This document shows, piece after piece, positions 19,266-27,971 of a DNA stretch of 64,000 bases. Position 1 is the first letter of the stretch. Every line of letters starts with the position of its first letter. Source of the DNA: an uncultured Pseudomonadota bacterium (GTDB lineage: Bacteria; Vulcanimicrobiota; Vulcanimicrobiia; Eremiobacterales; Eremiobacteraceae); contig CAVTNB010000003.1 in the NCBI GenBank assembly GCA_963736005.1, positions 128,001 through 192,000 on the forward strand. The letters are read 5' to 3'. A program made the position numbers and the translations under genes. The notes below the pieces were generated by a model, which was given only the letters and a program-made list of their open reading frames with translations, was not told where the DNA came from and ran no database searches.

Positions 19266-21134
19266 CTACATCATTTGGGTGAGAACTTCTTTGATCGCCC
19301 CCGCCAGCTTCGGGGTGATCCCAGGGACGCTGACGAGCTCCTCGACGCTCGCCCGGCGTACGCCGGAAGCTGAGCCGAACGCCCGTATCAGGGCCTTTCT
19401 CCGAGCGGGTCCGATGCCAGGAATGGCATCGAGGGCGGACGACACAAGGGCCTTGCCGCGCAACCCTCGGTGATAGGCGATTGCAAAACGGTGCGCTTCG
19501 TCTCGCACGTGCTGCACGAGATGCAGTGCAGGCGAGTTGCGCGGCAAAACGATCGGCAGGTCTTCGCCTGGCACGTACAACTCCTCGAACTGCTTCGCCA
19601 GGGCGGCGATTGGCAGCGCAACGAGATCGAGCGTCTCGAGCACTTCGAACGCCGCAGTGAGTTGACCCCGACCCCCGTCGACAATCAAGAGGCTGGGTCG
19701 TTTTGCAAACTTGCGCTCTCTGCCGGCAGACGCCGGCAAGGCGTCCGCGGTGAGGTAACGCAGACGGCGCTCCAGCATTTGCTTCATGTTCGCGAAATCG
19801 TCGTTGCGCTCGTCTCCTTGAATCTTAAAGCGCCGGTACTCGGCCTTTGCTGGCTTGCCGTCTTCAAAGACGACCATCGAACCCACCACATTTGTGCCCG
19901 AGACATGCGAGATGTCAAAGCACTCAATACGTTGCGGGAGAGCCGGCAACCCTAGACTCGCGGCCAATTCCTCGAGCGCCACATTGGTGCGCTCTTCGGC
20001 GACCTCGCGCTTGGCAAGATAATCGGCCAAGTGCTGCTCGGCGTTGCGCGCAACCTTGCGAAGGTACTCGGCCCGTTGGCCGCGCTCGGGAACCAAGATG
20101 CGAACGCGGGAGCCGCGCACGCTCGACAGCGCGCGCTCCAATGATTGCATCTCCGGGATGCGGGCCTCCAGCATCACTTCTTTGGGAATCGCTGGGGATG
20201 CAGCATAAAACTGCTCGACAAACGCAGCGAGTACCTCATCAGGCGAGCGCCCTTCGGTCCCCTCAACAAGAAAGTGCTCCTGACCCAAGAGCTTGCCGCC
20301 GCGCACAAAAAACACTTCCAAACACGAGACGCCCTGCCCGTGCGCCGCAGCGATAAGATCCATGTCGATCTGACTTTTCCAGACGACTTCTTGTCGCGCC
20401 ATGACTCGTTCGAGATCTTTGATGCGATCGCGCAAGCGCGCGGCGTGTTCGAAGGCCAGCTGCTCGGAAGCAAATTCCATTTCGCGCTTGAGCCGGTCAA
20501 CGAGCAACCGATGTCTACCTTCGAGGAACAGCATGACGTCGCGCACGGTGGCGTCGTATTCTTCTTTGGTCTGGAGGAAAGCACACGGCGCCAGGCAGCG
20601 CTTGATGTGGTATTGCAGGCACGGGCGGTGGTAATTGATGCCGATGTCCGTGAACTTGCAGGTGCGCAACGGAAAAGTTCGCCGAATAAGGTCGATCATG
20701 TCGCGCAAGCCGCCGGCGTTGCTGAATGGACCGAAGTATTTCCCGCCATCGCGGATGAGCTTGCGCGTAAAGATGACCCGAGGAAACGCTTCGCCGAGAG
20801 TTACCTTGAGATAGGGATACTTCTTGTCGTCCTTGAGTCGAACGTTGAACGGCGGCTTGTGCTGTTTGATGAGGTTGCATTCGAGCAGCAGCGCCTCGCT
20901 CTCGTTGCGGACGATGATCGTGCGGACTTCGGCGACGCGTTCCACCATTGCATCCAAGCGCGCGCTGTGCGCTCTGCCCGCCTGGAAATACGAGCGCACG
21001 CGCGAGCGCAGGTCAATTGCCTTGCCCACATAGAGCACTTTGCCGGCGGTGTCCACCATTTGATACACGCCGGGAACGGTCGGGAGACGGTCGAGTTGCT
21101 CTTGGAGAGGAGCGGGGAGAGCGGAAGAGGTCAC
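19266..21134 (-). CDS. uvrC: Excinuclease ABC subunit C
   Basis: PGVYQM, YVGKA..LRSRVRSYF, RIECFDISH, DGGRGQ, RDEAHRFA, HhH. Confidence 0.97.
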   Translation of the reverse strand: MTSSALPAPLQEQLDRLPTVPGVYQMVDTAGKVLYVGKAIDLRSRVRSYFQAGRAHSARLDAMVERVAEVRTIIVRNESEALLLECNLIKQHKPPFNVRLKDDKKYPYLKVTLGEAFPRVIFTRKLIRDGGKYFGPFSNAGGLRDMIDLIRRTFPLRTCKFTDIGINYHRPCLQYHIKRCLAPCAFLQTKEEYDATVRDVMLFLEGRHRLLVDRLKREMEFASEQLAFEHAARLRDRIKDLERVMARQEVVWKSQIDMDLIAAAHGQGVSCLEVFFVRGGKLLGQEHFLVEGTEGRSPDEVLAAFVEQFYAASPAIPKEVMLEARIPEMQSLERALSSVRGSRVRILVPERGQRAEYLRKVARNAEQHLADYLAKREVAEERTNVALEELAASLGLPALPQRIECFDISHVSGTNVVGSMVVFEDGKPAKAEYRRFKIQGDERNDDFANMKQMLERRLRYLTADALPASAGRERKFAKRPSLLIVDGGRGQLTAAFEVLETLDLVALPIAALAKQFEELYVPGEDLPIVLPRNSPALHLVQHVRDEAHRFAIAYHRGLRGKALVSSALDAIPGIGPARRKALIRAFGSASGVRRASVEELVSVPGITPKLAGAIKEVLTQMM

Positions 21135-21171
21135 ACAGAGCTCTTTGGCTTCGCGAGGCCGCGCCGCCCGC

Positions 21172-21798
21172 TTACGGACGCGCCGCTTGACGCTCTGCCC
21201 GCAAGTGAATCCACAACCACGCGGCGATTGCGATGACCACGACGCCAAGGAGAATGAACGAGGCAGGCCGGGCGTAGATGCCTAGCCGCACCCAGTTCCT
21301 TCCAAGCGTATAGCCAATCTCGCTGAACAGCGTACACCAGATCGCGGAGCCTAAAAGGGTGTACAAAAGAAACGGAGCGACCGGCATGCGCGTCACGCCC
21401 GCGGGATAGGAGCCAAAGGCTCGGATGCCCGGGAGCAGCTTCGTCACAAGAACGGCGCGCGATCCGTAGCGGGCAAACCAGCGGTCGGCGCGCTCGAGTT
21501 CTCGCTCCCGAACGAAGAAGATTCGGCCGAAGCGGATGAGGAGCGGACGCCCGCCATAGTAGCCGATCAAATAGGCGATAATTGCACCCGAAAAATCGCC
21601 GGCCGTGCCCACGGCAATGACCGGGATGATTTCGAGCACATGCGACGATGCAAGATAGCCTGAGAACGACAGCATCAGTTCGCTTGGTAAAGGCACGCCG
21701 ATGGCTTGGCCGAGCATGCCCGCGTACAGCCCAACATACCCCAAGTGCGAGATGACCCTGATGATCCACCAGGTCAGTTCTAGCTCGAAATGGTGCAT
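21172..21798 (-). CDS. DedA family membrane protein
   Basis: PLPSE, YYGGRP, FARYG, LLPGIR...PAG. Confidence 0.9.
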   Translation of the reverse strand: MHHFELELTWWIIRVISHLGYVGLYAGMLGQAIGVPLPSELMLSFSGYLASSHVLEIIPVIAVGTAGDFSGAIIAYLIGYYGGRPLLIRFGRIFFVRERELERADRWFARYGSRAVLVTKLLPGIRAFGSYPAGVTRMPVAPFLLYTLLGSAIWCTLFSEIGYTLGRNWVRLGIYARPASFILLGVVVIAIAAWLWIHLRAERQAARP

Positions 21799-21801
21799 GA
21801 G

Positions 21802-22209
21802 CTAACCCGGCCTCATGGCTGCGTTGGTCGTGAGCCGTCGCATCACGCGCGCAGCAACCCCGCCGCCATCAGAGAGAATCGCTTCGAGCAGATGCACGGG
21901 TTGCACGGATTCGGGAGCGCTTTGCGAGGCAAGCGCGCAAATGCGTTGGACGCGCGGGGTCACGATGACACCTTCCCATGGGTGATCTAACGCCCCATCC
22001 ATGGCTTCGCGCAAGGCGCGCTTTACCTGCCACGGTTCCACTCCAACGCTGGCAAAATACGCTGCGATGTCGGGTGGCGGTGCGATCGCCATGGCCAGGA
22101 GCAAGTGCTCGGTGCCAAGGTAGTACTGGCTTGCATTTCGGCATTCTTGTTCGGCCAGAGTGACGACCGCGCGAGCAGATGGTCCGAAGCGCGAGAACAT
22201 TGCTACCAA
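21802..22209 (-). CDS. Stand-alone Clp protease N-terminal domain protein
   Basis: MFSRF..AR.VV.LA..E, YLGTEHLLL, HLL.AI. Confidence 0.85.
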   Translation of the reverse strand: MVAMFSRFGPSARAVVTLAEQECRNASQYYLGTEHLLLAMAIAPPPDIAAYFASVGVEPWQVKRALREAMDGALDHPWEGVIVTPRVQRICALASQSAPESVQPVHLLEAILSDGGGVAARVMRRLTTNAAMRPG

Positions 22210-22210
22210 C

Positions 22211-22681
22211 TCACCTCACGGCCTCAACGTTCTCGTTCAAACTGGAACCATCGGCGGTCAATGCGAAGGTGATCATCACCTGATCACCTGGCGCCTCGTT
22301 GCCACCCAGCGAGGCATAGAGCCGCATCGCCGGCTCATTTTGTCGCTCAGTAAGGACCCAGGCTTCCACACACCCGGTTGCTCGACCGGCCTCGAGGAGC
22401 GCCCGCAACACTGCCGTTCCGATCCCGCGCCCCTGATGAGTCGGTGCTACCCCAACCTCATTTATCCATAATTCTGGGCGCTTATCTGGATGCACGTAAT
22501 GAACTGCCGACGCAAAGCCAACCACCAAACTATTTTCAATTGCGACCACGAGATGATGCCGCGCATCCCCGAGAAATTCTTCAGTTAACTGCTGGTTAAG
22601 ATCGCAGTCAAAAACACCGGCCGCGACGTTGGCAAGCACAGCTTCATCCCCATGTCGCAGAAGCTTGATCTCTAATGCCAT
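22211..22681 (-). CDS. GNAT acetyltransferase
   Basis: EVGVAPTHQGRGIG, NEPAMRLY..LGG. Confidence 0.9.
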   Translation of the reverse strand: MALEIKLLRHGDEAVLANVAAGVFDCDLNQQLTEEFLGDARHHLVVAIENSLVVGFASAVHYVHPDKRPELWINEVGVAPTHQGRGIGTAVLRALLEAGRATGCVEAWVLTERQNEPAMRLYASLGGNEAPGDQVMITFALTADGSSLNENVEAVR

Positions 22682-22713
22682 GGTGTGTCGGCCTCACGCA
22701 GGGAAAACCAGTA

Positions 22714-22788
<75 letters not shown>

Positions 22789-22912
22789 CACCTGACCGCT
22801 CCTTGGCTTCTGCCGCATTTTGACGCCTTCCTTGAAGCATTGCCAGAACCGGGAATCACAAACCGGCGCCCCGAAGCCGAATGTCGCTTTTCCATCACTG
22901 GAGTTACACCGA

Positions 22913-23575
22913 ATGCGATTTCTTATTGTCGGATGCGGCCGCGTTGGCTCGACGCTGGCCAAACGCCTCGCGCGTGACGGTCATGACGTCACCGTCGTGG
23001 ACGAAAACTCCAATGCGTTTCGTCGCGTCGGTCGTGACTTTCCCGGCAAGCTCGTGTTGGGTACGGGTATCGACGTGGACGTGCTGCGGCGCGCGGGTGC
23101 GGAGTCTGCCGATGGCTTTGCCGCGGTCACGCAGGGCGACAATCGCAACATCATGGCCGCCCTTATTGCGCAGCAACACTTCAAGATTCCCCGGGTGGTC
23201 GCCCGAATCTACGATCCTGAGCGCTCTTCCATGTATCGGGATTTCGGGATCTCGACCGTGTGCCCGACGACCGTTGGTGCGCGACTGATGTCGGGAGCGC
23301 TGCTCGAAGCCCAGTTCTCGTCGCTGCTTTTCGATCAGGCCGACTCCGAAATTGTCGAGGAGACGGTGACAGCGGAGAAGGCCGCACGCACCGTGCAGGA
23401 CCTCACCGTGCCCGAGAAGAGCCAGATCGCCCTCATTGTGCGCAGCAATCACAGCGTGATCCCGACGCCGGCGACGAAGCTCGAAAAGGGCGACAGAGTG
23501 GTCGCTATTGTGAAATCCGAATTTGTTGGCGAGTTCCGCAAGATCTTTGCCGGCACGCTCGCGAAAGCTGTATAG
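22913..23575 (+). CDS. trkA: TrkA/KtrA-type RCK potassium uptake regulatory protein
   Basis: IVGCGRVGS, GDNRNI, VARIYDP, RCK-C domain. Confidence 0.9.
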   Translation: MRFLIVGCGRVGSTLAKRLARDGHDVTVVDENSNAFRRVGRDFPGKLVLGTGIDVDVLRRAGAESADGFAAVTQGDNRNIMAALIAQQHFKIPRVVARIYDPERSSMYRDFGISTVCPTTVGARLMSGALLEAQFSSLLFDQADSEIVEETVTAEKAARTVQDLTVPEKSQIALIVRSNHSVIPTPATKLEKGDRVVAIVKSEFVGEFRKIFAGTLAKAV

Positions 23576-23578
23576 TTC

Positions 23579-24244
23579 ATGTTTATCGTTGTAGTCGGCG
23601 GCGGCAAGCTTGGCACCTATGTTGCGAAAGCGCTCCTCGAAGAGAAACACGAGGTCGTTGTCATCGAGAAGGATGAAAAGAAGGCCGCTCGGCTGTGCCA
23701 GTTTCTGAGCTGTGAGATTGCCAGAGTCGGCGACGGCTGCGATCCAGGCGTGCTCGAGGAGGCCGGCGTGGCCCGAGCAGACGTGGTAATTGCGGATACG
23801 GGCGACGACGAGGACAATCTCGTGATCTGCCTCGTGACCAAGAAAAAATTCACCCGCCCGCGTACCATCGCACGCGTCAACAATCCCAAAAACAAACAGA
23901 TCTTCGAGGAGCTCGGCATCGACTCGGTCGTGAGCGGCACGGAGATCGTTTTGAGCATCGTGCAGCAGGAGGTCAACGTCAAGGACGTCTCCCCGCTCAT
24001 GACGTTTCGCGGTGGGAATCTCGAGCTCGTCAGACTGTCGGTCCCCGCGTCATCCCCGGCGAATCAAAAACGTCTCTCCGATCTGCGGTTGCCCAAGCAC
24101 TGCGTGATCGTGGCCCTAGAGCGAGAAGGCGATGTGATCGTGCCTGATGGGGAAACCCTCGTGCGGGCCGGCGACGCAATGTTGATCGTCATGCAACCGG
24201 GCGCAACCAAAGAATTGCGCAACGAACTTGTCGGCGCAGTGTAA
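23579..24244 (+). CDS. trkA: TrkA/KtrA-type RCK protein (second copy)
   Basis: VGGGKLG, GDGCD, GDDEDNL, ARVNNPKN. Confidence 0.9.
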   Translation: MFIVVVGGGKLGTYVAKALLEEKHEVVVIEKDEKKAARLCQFLSCEIARVGDGCDPGVLEEAGVARADVVIADTGDDEDNLVICLVTKKKFTRPRTIARVNNPKNKQIFEELGIDSVVSGTEIVLSIVQQEVNVKDVSPLMTFRGGNLELVRLSVPASSPANQKRLSDLRLPKHCVIVALEREGDVIVPDGETLVRAGDAMLIVMQPGATKELRNELVGAV

Positions 24245-24252
24245 CGGGCGAT

Positions 24253-24455
24253 TAACGCGCGAATACATTCGCGCGACTACATGGGATTCTTGAAGCGAGC
24301 CAAAATGTAGTGTCGCGAATTCATTCGCGACCAAGAATAACGCGCGAATAAATTCGCGCAACTACATGGGATTCTTGAAGCGAGCCAAAATGTAGTGTCG
24401 CGAATTCATTCGCGACCAAAAATAACGCGCGAATAAATTCGCGCAACTACATGGG
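24253..24455. repeat. BIME-like mosaic: 85-bp period, about 2.4 copies, five alternating REP family-2 palindromes
   Basis: Units start at 24253, 24338 and 24423; each full unit has two oppositely oriented GTAG palindromes and constant linkers. Confidence 0.9.
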
Positions 24456-24460
24456 CGACT

Positions 24461-25741
24461 TTAGCCGAAGCCGCGGGTGAAATTGCCGACCTTCACCGTT
24501 GGAAATTCGCTCTTCAACCAACGTAACCACGCGCGCATGCCGAGCGGCGCGGTTGAAGGCCGGCCCACCGACGCGAAGTACAAAGCCGGGTCGACGTTGA
24601 GCGTTCGCGTCTGGACCATGTTGATCGGAATCTCGATCAGGAGTTGGGCGAATGCGCTCATCTCGACTGGATCGTCTGTCACGCCCGGATGGGTGAGGAG
24701 ATTCAATGAAATGTTGATGCCTCGGGACGCGGCCACCCTTAAACTCTCGACGACCTGCTCGAAGCTATACCCCTTGGGCCGGTAGTAGGCTGCATACGTC
24801 TGCGGCCGAACCGAATTCACGCTGACCCGAATTGATTGGAGACCTGCGTCGATCAGCCGAGCAAGTGCTTTTGGCATGCTCGCGTTCGTGTTGCAGTGAA
24901 TGACGCCGGCCGATGTCACCGAGCGAATGCGCCCTATGGCTTGTTCGATCCAAGGAGCGGCTAGCAGCGGCTCGCCCTCGCAACCTTGGCCGAACGAAAC
25001 CAGCCCGTCCGGCACGCTACGAAGATGCGCGGTCGCAACCTCGCAAATTTCCTCGACGGTTGGGCGAGTGCGCACGCGTTCCTGGGCGCTGCGGATCTGC
25101 GCGTCGGGCTCCTGTTCGGAGATGCATCCAAGACAGCGTGCGTTGCACGCGGGTGACACTGGAAGCGCCGCTTCACCCATCCGCAGGAAGACATTTTGTG
25201 CGGTAAAGCAGCCGTATTCGGTCGCGCAGCGAGCAAGTTGCGCAACGAGCGCGTTGTTTGGGAACTCTAGCGAGCGCAACGCGATGCCTTCCCGCACAGC
25301 CTCTGCAGCATGGGCCTGGGGCGACCAGCTTTCGAGCTCATCGGTGCGCACAGCTGCAACACGAAACCCGCCATCACTCCAAGCGACTGCCGTATAACCA
25401 TATAGGGGAAGTCGCGGTGCGTTCTTGCGCTCGACATACGCGGGGAGGAGCACGCGCGTGTAGCCGAGGGGAAGGGCTGCCGCAACCGCCGTTATCTCTT
25501 CATCAGCGTGGTGGCTTATGACCGCCGCCGCAGCATCGCTGTACCCGAAGACCTGCCTCCCCGGCAGCGTCAGCAGCAGCGCTCCTTCGGGGAGGGGGAT
25601 GAAATCATCTGGGTCAGCCGGACCGATGAAACCGTTGTCTGCAGCGGCAGCGACCTGCGGCAGATCGAGCACAGAACCGTCGGCTCGAGCAAACACTGCC
25701 TTGAGTGTTGCCGAGGTAACCCGCGATGTCTTCACCGCCAT
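24461..25741 (-). CDS. Uncharacterised radical SAM protein
   Basis: CNARCLGC (CX3CX2C), FGQGCEGEPL, SIRVS. Confidence 0.88.
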   Translation of the reverse strand: MAVKTSRVTSATLKAVFARADGSVLDLPQVAAAADNGFIGPADPDDFIPLPEGALLLTLPGRQVFGYSDAAAAVISHHADEEITAVAAALPLGYTRVLLPAYVERKNAPRLPLYGYTAVAWSDGGFRVAAVRTDELESWSPQAHAAEAVREGIALRSLEFPNNALVAQLARCATEYGCFTAQNVFLRMGEAALPVSPACNARCLGCISEQEPDAQIRSAQERVRTRPTVEEICEVATAHLRSVPDGLVSFGQGCEGEPLLAAPWIEQAIGRIRSVTSAGVIHCNTNASMPKALARLIDAGLQSIRVSVNSVRPQTYAAYYRPKGYSFEQVVESLRVAASRGINISLNLLTHPGVTDDPVEMSAFAQLLIEIPINMVQTRTLNVDPALYFASVGRPSTAPLGMRAWLRWLKSEFPTVKVGNFTRGFG

Positions 25742-25745
25742 CGCT

Positions 25746-26633
25746 CTAGGGGATAGCCTGCAACAAGGCAGTGGGCACGTCCACCGTGGTGCGATAAACG
25801 AGGTGGGCATCGCCCGTCAAGTACGCCGGATGACCGGCTCCCGCCCATTCCACAAGAACCTTGCCTCCGCGGGAATGAACGACGACGGGAGACTCCGCGC
25901 GACCGGAATGCATCGCGGCTGCGGCGGCAGCGCATGCGCCGGTCCCGCACGCCCACGTCTCACCAACCCCGCGCTCGCGCACGCGCATGTGGATGCCGTC
26001 GGCCATGACCGTAGCAAATTCGACATTGGTTGCATCGACGTTGGCGCTGACGTTGGCAGCTGCGGCCAAGGCTTCAAGGTCGATTGCTGCCGGATCACCG
26101 GCGCCAAAGACGACCGTATGCGGATTTCCCATGGACACAGAATACGCTTCGTACCGCTCGCCCGAGAATGAGAACGTCCGCCCTTGCGCGACCGCGCGCG
26201 AATGAATTCGCGCGTCTACATTTTTGTCTTCGCTCGAATGTGTTTTAGGGATTTCTGGCACACCCATCGCGGCTCGAACGCCAGGTTGCCCTTGCCATGT
26301 TGCAATGTTCGTGCGCATCACACCCGACGCGGTTTCAATGTCGAACTGAGTCTTCGCGGGATTCTCCTCGTGAAGGTACCTCGTCACGCAGCGAATGCCG
26401 TTGCCGCACATCTCCGCTTCGCTCCCATCAGCGTTGAAGGTTCTCATCGAGGCAGCACAGCCCGGCGCGGTTGGCTCGCCGATGACAAGCAAGCCATCGG
26501 CGCCCAGAGAAAACCGGCGGTGGCAAAGCTCCCTGGCGATCGCCGCGTAGGGCCTCTCCGCTACGCCGCGAGCATCGAGGAGAACGAAGTCGTTCCCCGT
26601 CCCATGGCACTTGGTGACGGCGATGAGCGGCAT
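25746..26633 (-). CDS. dapF: Diaminopimelate epimerase
   Basis: HGTGNDF, EMCGNGIRC, SMGNPH, ERGVGETWACGTG. Confidence 0.95.
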   Translation of the reverse strand: MPLIAVTKCHGTGNDFVLLDARGVAERPYAAIARELCHRRFSLGADGLLVIGEPTAPGCAASMRTFNADGSEAEMCGNGIRCVTRYLHEENPAKTQFDIETASGVMRTNIATWQGQPGVRAAMGVPEIPKTHSSEDKNVDARIHSRAVAQGRTFSFSGERYEAYSVSMGNPHTVVFGAGDPAAIDLEALAAAANVSANVDATNVEFATVMADGIHMRVRERGVGETWACGTGACAAAAAAMHSGRAESPVVVHSRGGKVLVEWAGAGHPAYLTGDAHLVYRTTVDVPTALLQAIP

Positions 26634-26647
26634 GAGCCGACGTGAGG

Positions 26648-26965
26648 CTACGGTGCTACGGAAGTTCGAACGACGCCGTCCGTTGCAGCGACTTCGTGAC
26701 CATCAGCGGCAACTGCCGCGTTGGGGCGCACAGCCCCGATCTCCGCTCCCGAGAACTGCACCGGCGTTTGCGGCGAAACGGTCGAGACCGCATGCTTATA
26801 GACAAGGTGCGGTTTGTTATCGTATTCGAGGATTATCGTGAAATTATCGAAACCGCGGACGTGTCCGCGCAGCTGGAAACCATTGCGCAAATAGATCGTT
26901 ACCGGCGCGTTTTCGCGCTTGATCGCTTGCAAATATGCGTCTTGCAAGGGCAGATTATTTTTCAC
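26648..26965 (-). CDS. hfq: RNA chaperone Hfq
   Basis: LQDAYL, YLRNGFQLRG, FDNF, LVYKHAVST; GTG start after GGAG. Confidence 0.93.
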   Translation of the reverse strand: MKNNLPLQDAYLQAIKRENAPVTIYLRNGFQLRGHVRGFDNFTIILEYDNKPHLVYKHAVSTVSPQTPVQFSGAEIGAVRPNAAVAADGHEVAATDGVVRTSVAP

Positions 26966-27041
26966 GCCATCTTCTCCATTATCTCTCTTGCGGTGGCATG
27001 GAATGCAACAACCACCGCTGCTTTTGGCGGTCGCCACTCTT

Positions 27042-27971
27042 TCACGCCGGCACCAATCTTTCCCTTGCCAGCGCAACGATGCTGGCCGTCGCGCGTTCCT
27101 CGTCCAATGCATCGATAATGGGTACGTCGCGCATGTGGCGGAACCAGGTTTCCTGACGCTTCGAGTACTGCTCGGTGCGCGCAATGGTCCGACGTATCGC
27201 TTCCTGTTCCGTCGCACATCCATCCCACAGTGCGAGGGCTTCCGCGTAGCCTAAACCGGACAAAGCCGGCGCACCAGGTGCACCAGCTCGCACGGTCCGC
27301 GCTTCTTGCATAAGGCCGGCACGAAACATTTCATGCACGCGCAGTGCGATGCGCCGCCGCAGCTCTTCGCGTGGCAGGCTCATGCGAACAACCACGAAGC
27401 GGATATCGCTGCAAGCGTCGCGCTCCAAACGATCCGGCAAGACCTCACTCATGGCACGCTCCAGCCCTCTCAAGATTCTGTACGAATCGCTCGGTCGAGC
27501 GCCGGCTGCGATGGAAGGCGCTTTCACACGCAGCCACTCCCATAAGAACTTGGGAGGGTGGACGCTGCCTTCAAGCCGTAGCCGCGCGCGCAATGCCTCG
27601 TCTGGCGGTGGGCGATCCAGAGGCATTCTTCCGGTGAGTGCCTCGACATAGAATCCCGTGCCCCCAACGATGATGGCGAGCTTCCCGCGCTTGCAAATGT
27701 CGCGCGTGATGCGGGCGGCGTCCGCGGCGAAGCGTGCGGCGCTGTAGCGTTGCGATGGATCCAAGAAGCCGTAGAGATGGTGCGGCACGCGTTCGAGGCT
27801 ATCGTGCGTCGGCATGCCGGTGCCGATGCTCATGCCGCGATACACTTGCCGGGAGTCGGCGTTTACGATTTCGCCGCCGAACAACTCCGCCACTCGTAAT
27901 GCGATCGCGGACTTCCCTGATGCCGTAGAGCCACAGATGACAAGTGCGCGCGAGTCTTCGCGCCCGCTCAC
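27042..27971 (-). CDS. miaA: tRNA dimethylallyltransferase
   Basis: GSTASGKS, NADSRQVY, VGGTGFY, KRQETWF. Confidence 0.95.
   Translation of the reverse strand: MSGREDSRALVICGSTASGKSAIALRVAELFGGEIVNADSRQVYRGMSIGTGMPTHDSLERVPHHLYGFLDPSQRYSAARFAADAARITRDICKRGKLAIIVGGTGFYVEALTGRMPLDRPPPDEALRARLRLEGSVHPPKFLWEWLRVKAPSIAAGARPSDSYRILRGLERAMSEVLPDRLERDACSDIRFVVVRMSLPREELRRRIALRVHEMFRAGLMQEARTVRAGAPGAPALSGLGYAEALALWDGCATEQEAIRRTIARTEQYSKRQETWFRHMRDVPIIDALDEERATASIVALARERLVPA

Noticed and set aside
20145..21236. Long antisense ORFs (for example 363 aa opposite uvrC; also opposite der, miaB, trkA)
   Set aside because: Shadow ORFs expected in GC-rich coding DNA; no recognisable motifs.
22211..22713. Genomic island at the tRNA-Pro 3' end
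   Set aside because: No integrase and no duplicated tRNA 3' end found.
24253..24455. Mini CRISPR array
   Set aside because: Palindromes alternate in orientation and the linkers are repeated.
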